Positions 42,690-54,608 of a stretch of DNA of 64,000 bases are shown in pieces. Source of the stretch: Selaginella moellendorffii (lineage: Eukaryota > Plantae > Lycopodiophyta); assembly GCF_000143415.4 (NCBI RefSeq), contig NW_003314272.1, positions 1,558,374 to 1,622,373 of the forward strand. Direction: 5' to 3'. The position numbers and the translations under genes are program-made. Under the pieces are notes generated by a model. That model worked only from the letters and a program-made list of their open reading frames with translations, did no database searches and was not told the DNA's origin. Every line of letters starts with the position of its first letter. Within the stretch, counting starts at the first letter, position 1.

Positions 42690-43200
42690 GCCATAGCCTA
42701 GAAATTCTTCCACACGGTTCTTCCTGCTGCTGCTTCTTCTTTTTCTTGATCTTCATGTGTTCCCTAGAACAGGAGCATCGGCACCACTCCTCCGTCCTGT
42801 ATGGTGCCATTGCCTTCAATGACACGTACTGTTTGAGCTCCTTCTCGTCCGCATCCAATATCTGCAAACACTTCAACCGCGTTGGCACCTCTTTACTATT
42901 CGTCGTCACTCTTCTCTATCCCCAGAACGTCGTCATCCTAATCCAGCCTGCTGCTTCACTGTCACCAGACTGAATTCTGAATCCTCTTCGTTGTAGTAGT
43001 CCTTACCGAAGAGCTCCTATCGTGCTCGTCGGAATCGAAGTCATCCTCTAGATCACCCTCGTCAACAGTTTGGATCTTCGACAACTCCACTCACATCCCC
43101 GTAAGACCCTGGTTCTGGAGATAGGCTTATCATTCTCGCCCGGATCAGAGTACTCCTCGAACCTTTGAGAAACAGGTGCTTTCTTCCTCAGGTTCTCTCC
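42690..43200 (-). pseudogene. KRI1: KRI1 (ribosome biogenesis) C-terminal fragment
   Basis: DLEDDFDSDEHD..FGKDYY and VPTRLK..ILDADEKELKQYVSLKAMAPYR (Kri1_C motif); frameshifts. Confidence 0.75.
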
Positions 43201-43959
43201 TCTTCCTCACGCCTCGGTTCCTCGTTGCTCTTCTTCGAAGAGCCGTCATCGTCGTCCTCGACCGCAGCAGCAAAGCGCATCAAAGTTTCCACTGTTCTTG
43301 AGCCTAAGTCTCGCTGGTCTTGATCGCTCCTCAGAGTTTTCCAGAGCTTGTTTGGCCACAAGGACATTGGTTTTTTCCATTCACCCGAAGCATTCCCTTC
43401 CTCGTCGTTCGTCTTCATGACACTTCACCTCTGGCTTGTAAATGCTGGGTCCTGCTTCTTAGCGTGTCTAAAATTCGTACCTCGGTCCTCCATCGAATCC
43501 GTGTCCACAATCCCGCGCTTTCGAAACTCTTGATTTTCCCTAAATTTCCACAAGCCCTTCTTCGGTGTCATGGAATCTACAACCGGGAAAATATCGATCG
43601 CGTCGCAGATCCTCTGTCTACTGGCATTGATCGACACAAAGACCGGGCAATTATTCTTGGAAGGAGATGGTGGATTCCTCAAAGCCAGTCCCGCGTTGAC
43701 CGTGGCAGAATTCCCCGGCGATGGCATCTCTGGAGCTGCTCTCTGATAACTTACAAGCACGAATCCACAGCGTACCCGGTGATCATCGTGGGGGGTGAGC
43801 AAACAGGAGCTTCGCGCGATCCAGCTCCATCGCTAGTCAAAGAGTTTTCGCGCCTGAACCAGCGTGAAAACCCTAGCCGTGGCGAATCGACGGCTAGTTT
43901 TAAAACGTCGGACCTAACGGTGGTGATTGATCTTGATGCGAGGGTTCTCAAATTCACGA

Positions 43960-45089
43960 ATGGCGATGGCGAGCGATGGCAGAGCGCTTCTCCGCGTGCT
44001 TGGCAGGATTTTCAGACATCCAGCGGTTCTATCCCGTGGAATCGGTAAGATCGCAAGAATGCCCGATCTGGCTGTCAAACCTCAGGATTATGATGTCGAT
44101 GCATGGAGTGATGCTCCCTACCTCGAATTCATTGTGGGGTTGGAGCAGCAGGGATCCACTCCAGCCACCTCCACCGGTGGATCCACACTTGCTGGATTCC
44201 GGGGTAACAAGAGGCCATATCCAGGCCGTGCCGCGCAGATCGTCCGGATCCAAATAGAAAATGGGAAAGATATTCAGACCGTCCTCGCCAAGCATAAGAA
44301 TGTGAGAGACTTTGGGGCCTTCTGGATGCCACTGGTGCGCGATCTAATGGCCGGTCCAGTGCACCACCATACACTCGAGTTAAAACAATTCTTCTCAAGT
44401 TTTTAATCTTTGTTCTCCATTCTAATAAATTCGTTCCTAGATCTTCACCTGGATGAACTAGCCAATCAGGCTGTTCTAAAGTCCGCGACGGTGATGGAGC
44501 TCGACTGGCTCTACGTGATGATGATCTCCTATGCCGGCGTGGTCGCCCACACAATCCTGGCATGGAGATGGTTTGGCAACGTGATGATCGAAGGGAAGAA
44601 ATTAAGTGAGTGTTGCAATGCTCTCATCATTGCATATGCCAAGCCAGGGACCTCGACAGTACCATGCAAATCTTCCACGGTATGAAGGAGTTCTCCTGCA
44701 AGTGCCCGCCAAATGCCATGACGTAACACATCCTCACCGCCATGTTTGCGCACTACCACAACTGGCAGGGCCTCGAGGTCATGTGCCAGGACGCTGGGGT
44801 CTTGCCGGGCACAATAACTTTCAACATGCTCTTGCACGCCTACGTGAAAATGGGACACAGGGACTGGTTCGAGAGCACGTACCAGGAGATGGAGCAGGTT
44901 TGCAGAGGTTTCAAGCACAGCTCGGAGACTTTTGCAATGCTGCTCATCGGCTATGCTCGCCTGGATGCGCTGGACAGGTTCCACCAGGTTCTCAGCGAGA
45001 TGCAAGCGGAGAACTCCCAGCTGCCACACAACATCACAGTTCCGGCGGTTGAGGAGGCCGTTAAGGCCTTGGGTGGCCACCTAGAATAA
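43960..45089 (+). pseudogene. P-class PPR-like gene with organellar transit-like N-terminus, frameshifted
   Basis: CCNALIIAYAK, ITFNMLLHAYVKMG and TFAMLLIGYAR; frame changes near 44650-44740. Confidence 0.6.
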
Positions 45090-45399
45090 ATCTTTGGATA
45101 TAAAAAAAAATCAAAAAATCTTATCTACCTATACTATAAAAAATAACAAATCCTAAAGGTATAAATACATATATATTAAAAGATCCAAGCATCCTATTAC
45201 TGTTTTTTATACTTTGAACACCTCACCAATTGTACGTTGTGGTACTAAAATTGAAAACATTATAAAATAAAAAACTTAAACATTTTAAAACTTATATAAA
45301 TATATTTACCATTTTCAGTGACTAGTTGTGGTGTATACTTATTACCTGAGTATACTTATGTATACTCAAGTAAAATTATTTTACTTTTTCTTCATCACC

Positions 45400-48300
45400 T
45401 TGATCCAGCAAATCTTGGTTGATGGTTGAAAAATTATATTAACCAAGCTGATTCCAAAATGATTGACTTGTGTTCACCCAATCATGAGTTCACACTAAAG
45501 AATCCTTCTTCCTTTTGTACCAGTGAAGATTCACCCTAACTTGGTAGGATGGTATGTCATCCAAGTCAATGATTTCTAATGTCTCTCGCCAGCTATTTCC
45601 TATTTTCTTTGTCATTTTCTGCACCTGGCCAATATACCATGTTGACTCAAAAAGAACAGCTATATCTGCTCCATATCCAAGACTTGTTATTGTTCTAGCT
45701 TGTGTATCATAAACTCTTGCTTTTACTTGTGCCAGTCTATCTTTCAATAAGAAAGAACTCCCATTCAAATATGCAACAAGAGTGCTTTTAACAATCTTTT
45801 TGGAGTCAACTTCCAGAAATGGCTTGAACTTTTCCTACTATGGCATCTATGGTTGAGGCAATGTTTCTTCTTCATCAATTATACTATCACAAGTATGCTA
45901 TAGTGCTTCTACTGCCTTTTCGTGAAAAGAATCCTCATATTTCCAAGGTTCGCTCTACTTGGAATCTGGTAGAGATATATCTAAAGAACAGAGTAAACCT
46001 TTTGCCTCAAAGCAAGCCAACTTGAATAATTTCCAAATCTATTTCTATACCTAAGAAAGAGAGTAAGATTAAAGAATATTTAATAAAGATATATTTTTAT
46101 AATCAGTCAGCTTCAATGCAACTGTTCCTCTATATTTCTTCTCAAAGTCTTTCCCATATAGATTCTTGTTTATTATGTAAAGCTAGAAACTTTAAAATTG
46201 ATATAGCCTTCATCTCAGAAATCCAATTTATGGAATCATCACTATCCAGCAAATCAAATGAGTCATATGTTCACTCATTTCTCACCATACCATCGATCTT
46301 GCTGAAAAATGATTCACAACAGTCTAATCTTGTCTCATCTAGAGGAATGGGGTGTTCTCAATACTTATCTCTAAATAACTTGATAAGGAAAACACTGTAG
46401 TAGCAACTAATTTGAATATCCAAAAAAGTCTCATTTGAAATGAAATTGTCCTTTAGATTGTAAATTTTGCCTTGCAATATCCAAAATCACCACAGCCTAT
46501 ACACAAAAAAGAACTGAAATTAGTCTCAAGTATAAGTAAAGCAAACTTGAAGAAAAAAGATGTTTTTGCAGTAGCTTTGATATAGCCTTTTAAATTTATA
46601 GTTGGAGACAAGAAGATGTCAATGTAATCTGCCACAATACTTAAGTATGTTTCAGTTCCTTCACTAGGTTCATTTGGTTGCAATCCATCACCCTATAGCA
46701 TGCATATGCAAGCTTGAACTTTCTTGGATGCTAGTCTTTATGCAACAGCTTAATTTTGACAATCCTACCTATCCACATCACTTTAATTCAAGCCATGTTC
46801 ATGTCTTGGAAGAGGAACAAAGACCTCTCTAATGTGATTCAGTGTTGCTAAGAACTTCCCAAGATAAAATTTCTTGAAGAATCTAGTGGATTGACAAATT
46901 TTTTGCCATTGTCAATGAAGTTTTGATCATGTAGTTCATAAATAGACCCATCCTCTTTCTATGATGCTGTAAACACCCAGCCATCTCAATCAATTCTAAA
47001 ATGATCACCATCTTTAGTTATGTAGTCTTGTAGCATTAGTTTTCAATGCCTTGAATCACCATCAAATGTATGGCCAATTATCAGGTCAAGAACTTGTTAC
47101 AAATGTTTGCCCCATGTACTAACTCCCATTGTTGTCGAACATCCACATTATCAAATCTGTAAATTACTATAATCACAAATAAGATATCCAAACACTTGTT
47201 GCAAGTAAGTTGGATAACAAGAACTAACTTTGGCAAATTGTAGCATAGTGGGTTCATCATAAGCACATAATTATAATAAGCTTATTGAAAATTGTCAAAA
47301 GTTGTTGTAATGTTGTTGTATCCTTCCTCTTCTACCTCTACTTTGACAAAAAACTTTTTATCGCACCTATGATTTGTTTTTGGACCACAAAATTCAATAA
47401 ACATATCTCTTTTAGCATCCAAATGTATTGTTGTCTTGATGTGTGTTTCATCTTCAGCCACAAGTACAAGAATTTTCCTAGCATTTGCTTCATATAAACA
47501 TTATACACTACTTGAACTTGTTGGAATATGTGAAATTATAAACTCAATGCTTAGTTTGTGTGTAAGAACTTTAGAAAACTATAGAAAAATCTTGCACTCC
47601 AACATTGTAGCGAAGAGTCATTCTTATAGTTCATCTAGTTGTAGAAATATATAGGCCAACAAAGTTTAAGGATATAAAATCATGCATTCGTTCTCTTCCA
47701 TGGATCCGAATAGCCTCAAAAATCTACTTTGAGCTTGTATTCTATTGTTGTTCACCTCGAGAAAGTCTTTGGATATATCCACGAGAAAATTCCAAAGCCC
47801 TATCTTCCCTTCAAATTTGCCATGCCTTGCTACATCACAAATGTCTTTGCAAAATTTTCTAGTACCCATGCGAACTAAATCCTCTAAACAATGCTCACCA
47901 AAACTTTAAACTTTCATTGACAAGGTAGTTATTCTTTGGCACTACTTCATAACTTGAGTCTCAAGCCATTGTACAAGTTGATACCTTAATCGTGTATTAG
48001 CAAAAAGTTTTTTTGATGATACAGTATTTAGTTAAGCTCACCAAATCAAGCTAGATAATAGAGGTGGTGTTGTTAGAGGTTCATTCAAGAGTGGTTACAT
48101 CTGATGGTCAAACTCACATTCAAAAATCATTTTCCATAGAGATTGATACACACTTTAGGCACATTAAATTTAAAAAACTTTTGTGATTAGTTTAAAGGCA
48201 TGATTTATAGTGAAAAGTACCTTCAATATTAACTTCCCTCCCAAGATAGATAATGGTTTGTTGAATTTCCATCTTAACAACCTTATTCACTCCTAACTTA

Positions 48301-48400
48301 TCTTGTAAAAATGGCTTTAACCTCACAAGCTTTTTGTGATACTTATATGTTGGAAAATGATATCCCCAACATAATTGTGACACTAGTTTAACCCCTAGAA
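45400..48400 (-). mobile_element. Decayed DNA transposase of P-element/THAP9-like type
   Basis: Ordered motifs LVAEDETHIK..D..RD..FCG (~47440), GHTFDGDSR (~47065), DQNFIDNGKKFVNPLD (~46910), GTETYLSIVADYIDIF (~46630) and LDCCESFFSKI (~46315); many stops; boundaries approximate. Confidence 0.55.
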
Positions 48401-48956
48401 ATACACAAATAAAAGATATTCAAATTACAACATGATTTTACAACATTCTCATCACTTACTACTTGAGGATGTTTTTACTCCATTTTATCTTGCTGTATTT
48501 TAAAAACTATTTTAAAAAACCAATCAAGAAGTAAACTTATCTATTGTTGGAAAGAATTTAGCTATTGTGTATTAGTAACAAGAAGCTTGGAGGGGCAACT
48601 GCTAACATCTAAATCATTCATTTTTCATTTTACCTTACAATTTATATGCTTCATATGATTGCTTTTACATGACTTTTGAAGATGAGATGTTGCTTTATGT
48701 TCTGAGTGTAAGAGCCTAAAAAATGAATTAGATTTGAAATGATCACAATGCTAAAGAAAAAAACATATTTCCCTCATCATGGAAAAAGTTGAACTATATG
48801 GTTGCCCACTATATAATAAATCTTTATGTTCTCTAAATTGTTGAAATTACAACTTGGCCAAAGAACAAATTCATAGTTTAACTCTTTGCAAGTCTGGGCA
48901 ACTTTTTCTATTGTCTCATTCACGAGTTATTGGTTCATAAAGGTTGATGAGACCAA

Positions 48957-48976
48957 GGGGGGGGGGGGGGGGGGGG
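48957..48976. repeat. Poly-G run (20 G)
   Basis: Seen directly in the sequence. Confidence 0.95.
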
Positions 48977-51535
48977 AATTGAATCACTACTAACTAAAAG
49001 AGTGGTTTTTATAACAAGTTCATGTCTCTCAATCTTCAAATCAGATGAGATAAAATTTTTCAAGATATCTCATTTCACTACACCTTTGAAGTTTTTGTTG
49101 CACTCAATGCATTAAATTTCAAATACAACTTTACCATTGAAATTTTCTATTATAGCTTTAAAGCAATCATATTGCCTAGCTACTCTCAATTTTACTTTAG
49201 CCTTCTAAATATTATGCTTCTATTATAATCTAGCTTGTCTAGCATCTTTGTTTTTAAGGAATGGATTAGCAGCAGTTTCAACAACTTGCTGATGTAAAAA
49301 TAACAAGTATGAATACTATACAATGTGAACAAAAACATGAATAAAGTAAACTTGGGTCACTTCAATCACATTATTAATGAAGTTTTATCTAAGTCGACTT
49401 GAATAGGTGCCACACTAATATCTCTGATCAACACCTTATTGCCATTTATTACCCACTCATTTTCTTGAAAGAATGTAATATTTACAACTTCTCCATCTTC
49501 AAAGTCAAGAAATCTTTATTCTCTTGGGATCACTTCACAAAGATCACTCTAAATTTATGATCTAAAGGATGTATAATTGATGTCTAGAAACACCCTACAA
49601 GCTCCCAATTTTACTTTCAACCCATCATACTTCCAACTTTACTTTCAACCCATCATACTTCTTGGATATAATCAGCCGCAAACGCCATTATTATTGATAA
49701 ATCTACCCTATTTTGAAATAAAAACCCTTTGCATGTACTTATTTGACAAAACCCTATGCATATTCTACTTCCACATGTATTGAGGGAGGTATTCTCACCC
49801 TTACAAATAGTTTATAATCTTGTCTAGCTAGCCGCTCTGTGTGTACACCTCTACAACGTAGCTCTGGAATGCCCGCGTTGATGCAATCTCTAGAGTCATC
49901 TCGACAAACTTGATAAGTTTCTCTATCCTTTCCATAGTTGCAATCCTACTATGAGTGGGGTGCCTTTTTAGGGTTAGAATAGATATGAGTGATTGACCAC
50001 AAAGATGGTAATTTCATGGAATCCCTAATGTTTCAATTCGTGGTTGAAGCTTTTGGCCATAGAGGCATGGTGGAAAGGATTTATGCACTCTACATCCAGT
50101 GTAGGAAGGTGGGTTTAAGGCTAACTTGTGTTGCTACAAGAGCCTCTTGGCAGATGACAAACACTCCATTGATATAGCAAGCTTTGATGAATACGAGGAG
50201 AAGTCGGAAAGAGTGTTACAACTCTTGCCAAGAATGGAAGTCTCGACAAAGAAGATTTTTGGCTTTACACACAGATTACTCAAGGTAAAACCATTGGGGA
50301 CTCTAATGTCCATGGTGAATCCACTAATTGAGTCATCCAGACTCCTATATAAGTAAACTCTTCTCTTCTTTTTTCTTTGTCCTTTCTAATCTAATCAAGA
50401 TATTTTTGCAACTTACAAAGGTTTTGAGTATGATGCCAAATCTACAAGTAGATTTTGGAGAAAGCTTTTGAGTAAAGAGTACATGGGAATTTGCAGCTAA
50501 AATTCATTCACTTGTTTGGAAGTTCATCTCCACAAAAGAGGTATTTATAAGAAATGCATCTATAAAGTTCATCATCACTTAATTATGATGCAGGTACACG
50601 AGGAGGTGCAAGGAACACATGCTTGTGGACCATATCACTTACCTAAAACATAGGTGGAGCAAGACCAATAGACGATAATTCATTTTCGCCTTTGTCATCA
50701 AGAAGGATGAGTCAAGACTCTATTTCTAGAGTTCTCACCTGTGATATGCAACAATAGCCATCTAGAAGAGTGTATTGTTGCCGAGGTACACAAAATGTAT
50801 TAGCAAGTGTCACATACGCATTCATGTATAAATTCCTTTATCTTGTCTAAGTATAAATTTCTTATTAGTGATCGCTTTACCTTTTTAACTAATGTTTTTA
50901 GCACTAGCCACCCTCATTGACCCATCACACAGTATAAACTTCTTTTGTTTTTTTCTTCATTTGCTTTCACCATTTTTATAGTGTTCCAGCAACAACAATA
51001 AGGCCACCTCTTTCAAAACAATTCCAATTCACTACATGGTGTGCAAATTTTAATTTCTTGATGAGCAACAAAAACATTCAGGCTTGGTCTCTCCATATGC
51101 CTTCAGATTGTTTCACTATCTACTTGTATATCATCAAGAAGACTTGCAAAATAAAATTGTATAACACAAGAACCAAGTTCACATCTTTTTTTCTATCCCC
51201 AAGTCTTTGGAGACAATTGATCTCAACATTTGTTTGTGTTACGATTGGTACAGTATACATGTACAAATGGACATGTATGGTGATATAAAAGAGAGGAGAG
51301 AGAGAGTAGGGTTATTACTTTTTGTATCCCTTTTCAAAGCAAGGAAATGAAATAACTTCTTATCTTTGGTGTGCTAAACAGAGATGCAAGTAGCTTTTGG
51401 ATCTTGAGGCTGCTACTTGTGTCAAGGGGCTAGAGTGTGCTTGCAACCAAGACAAAGTCAAGATCATGGGTTTCTTTTTGTTTTAGACTAAGTGTGATTA
51501 ATTAGTAGGGGATTAGTAATAATTCTAGGGTTGTT

Positions 51536-51635
51536 NNNNNNNNNNNNNNNNNNNNNNNNNNNNNNNNNNNNNNNNNNNNNNNNNNNNNNNNNNNNNNNNN
51601 NNNNNNNNNNNNNNNNNNNNNNNNNNNNNNNNNNN
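51536..51635. other. Assembly gap (100 N)
   Basis: N run; flanked by related copies of a ~105-bp repeat (51421-51533 and 51868-51972). Confidence 1.
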
Positions 51636-54414
51636 TATGCTAGGCTACATTTCCCAAATTGAAGACTATTTTGTTTCAGTGTGAAAAATGTTAGATATTG
51701 AGGAGAGAGGAAGCACCAAAGAGAGGACCTAACTACTTCATGAAGCTAGCAAAAATAAAAGGGAGCCAAAAATTTAAGAATACCAAGTGTAATTATTTAT
51801 TCAAGAGGTAAGAGGTTCTGAAACTAAAGGTGCTTTAGGACAGAGCACAATTATTGCCTAGATGATATCAAGGGGCTTGCAACCAAGACAAAATCAAGAT
51901 TATGGGTTTCTCTTTGTTTTAGACTAAGTGTGATTAATTAGTGGGGGGGTTAGCAATAATCCTAGGGCTGTGACCTTGGGGCAGTTATCCATCATAGGGG
52001 GTGGAAACCCTTGTATCAATTGAGAAAGACGAAATACAAAAGAGGGCTTGGTGGAAAGTAAAGAATAAGTGTGATGTGATGGAAAGCAACAATGGCACTA
52101 CCAAAGAAGTTGGTGTTGAGGAAGATGAATCTCTGAACGATCGTGGTGACAATTAGCACTAGAGTGTGAGAAAGCTCAAATCCCTAGGCAGCAGTGGTTT
52201 CTCTGTGCTCACTAGTCTTAGTGTTCACGGAGTTTCCCTCTATAGTGGTCTTTTCTGCTACATTTGGGACATGAAGGTATGAAAGAAATGGGATAGTTTT
52301 AGGATCCCTTCAGATGGATTGGCTAGATCTGATGGGAAATAGAAAGTTCTACTATAAATCAACAATCTTAAGACAGATTGAAGTGTTTTAGAATCAAGTT
52401 TTGGGTGCATGCAATTAAAATCTTCACAAATTTCCTTAGAACATTAATGGGGAGGGCATGATTTCTTGTGCTATCAACAAGAATGAGATCTAGGATTCAA
52501 ATCTCCAGAGAAGAATTGCAAGAAATTTGCAACTTGCCGCTAATAAAGAAGAAGATTTATGCTATGGCTACACCAGCTGGGAGATCATAAAATATTTTTG
52601 ACACTCACATAGTTATTATTCTACCCAAATTCTAGGGAGATGTTGAAGAAGATCCCTAATTACATATGGAGAGCATCAAATCCTTCCTTGTGGTAATGGC
52701 AATCCCAAATGAGGCACAAGCAACTTATTTCTAATTATCTCTCTCATAGCAGAAGTTATTATAGCAATTGAATGTGTCGCAACAGCAAGCAATAGACTTT
52801 GACAGCCTCATAAAGTTGTTCTTGATGCAGTTTGAGACCCCGAAAAGCAAAGATAGTGTCATGGTGGAATTAGACCTCCTTTATCAATAGCCACATGAAT
52901 CCTTGCGACAGTTTAATCAATGTTTCCAAGCTTATATTTGGAAGTGTAATGACAAAGGAGTCCATGCCAAAAGTTTGAGGGTGGTCCAAACATATATTGA
53001 TGCTCTATATCTTGACTTAGCTAGGAAAGTGTGCCACAAAGAACCAACAATAAAAAAAGCAGAGATACAAAAATGCAAGTATCTCATCGAGATGAGATCC
53101 ACTTCCTTTGTATCTACTTTTAACGTCCAACGAAACATGCTACTCTCCCTAGAATCATGCATACAGGATATTATAAAAATGATGACTACAATCTTAACAA
53201 CCATCATTGATAGTTAGAAGAAGTTCCTTGTAAAGTTGGTGGCTACACAATTAAAACAAGATTCTATTTTTGTCAATACTACCACTACTACACCTTTGGA
53301 GACTCCAGCAATGATACCTAGCTACTCTGAAGGGTTGACACCGCTTGTATTTGCTCTAGTTTACCAAATTAGGAGTTTTTATCATCCATATGGTCATGGG
53401 CATGGCTTTCCCCAAGAATATCACAATATAGCACCTCTAAGGTATGCTTCCCCTTAATGGTCCACTTTAGCTTAGTGGCTTTTATTAGCTCAACCGGCTT
53501 GGCAAGCATTAGCTTTTAATCAATTGTCAATTATTTATTTTTATTGCAATAAGCTAGGTCATACTAATGATCAATGCTTCATCAAGCAGTGAGCATTCCA
53601 ATTGCAGGACTTCCTACACCTCCAATGCCCTTAGCACTTTCTCTTCCTCTGCCAACTCAAGTGTATGCTTCAAGGGCACTATCGGATCACAAACAATGCT
53701 ACCACAAACAACTCTAGTTGCTACAAGTTCACCATCTTTTGGGGTCAACCATGTATAAATGGAGAACTCTATCTATTTGGTAGAGTCTGATCCAATATGG
53801 AGAGCAGGAATATTTGAAGATAACAAGGGATATCAACTATTGCAAAAACAAGGATGGATATTAGGCATGAGCTTGGGTAAATATTAATAAAGAGAGAAAG
53901 ATCCATTGCAACAACTAGATGCTTTAGATCCAACCACAGCACTCTATTTAGAATGGCCTCCAATGGTACGATGCAAAAAATGAGATGATCCTTTGCCTCT
54001 AGTGAAATTTGTCAAGGGTTATATGTTGGAAGATAAGCAAATCTCTTTGGTGGATTTATTTTGAGAACTAGAGGAAGCATCCATGGATGTTCTTATGGCT
54101 ATAAGATCTCAATGAGCAGTTGTTGGAGAACCTTTTCAAAAATGCTTATCAACTTGTCAAGTCACAACTCAAGTTTTAGGATCAACTACTTTGGACCCAA
54201 ACATCAATTCCTCTCAAGCAAAGAAGAAATCTGCAGAAACACTACACTCCTTGCAATTGCTACCAACTTCAATTGCTATTAATTTTGCCCACTCGCTCGT
54301 GCCACTATACTCCTTGCTTGAGGATTTACAACTACTAAGGCCGACGATCACCATGGCACAACTTCTTAATATTGCTCCACACCCTTTGGACCAACTTTCT
54401 TTGTTTAGAGTAGC

Positions 54415-54608
54415 TGTAAGTAACCAAAGATAACGACTTGAGAGACGGTCCATGGGGTTCAAATATAGAGGGAAAAGGCCCATGAATAAAAGTGCACCCT
54501 CTTTTCCAATCGGTTAAGGGTCTTGGGATACTTGGAGTTAAGCGTCCTTGGGTTTGAATAGTACTGGGCTGGGTGACCTCCCGGGAAGTCCAAACTCAGA
54601 AGCTTACA
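54415..54608 (+). mobile_element. Solo LTR of a Cassandra-like TRIM containing the 5S rRNA internal promoter
   Basis: TGTAAG...CTTACA ends, 194 bp, flanked by GTAGC/ATAGC. It contains GAGTTAAGCGTCCTTGGG..TAGTACTGGGCTGGGTGACCTCCCGGGAAGTCC, resembling the plant 5S rRNA A-box/IE/C-box. Confidence 0.88.

Noticed and set aside
54530-54592. Functional 5S rRNA gene
   Set aside because: Only the internal promoter part is present, inside an LTR; the 5S ends and the oligo-T terminator are absent.
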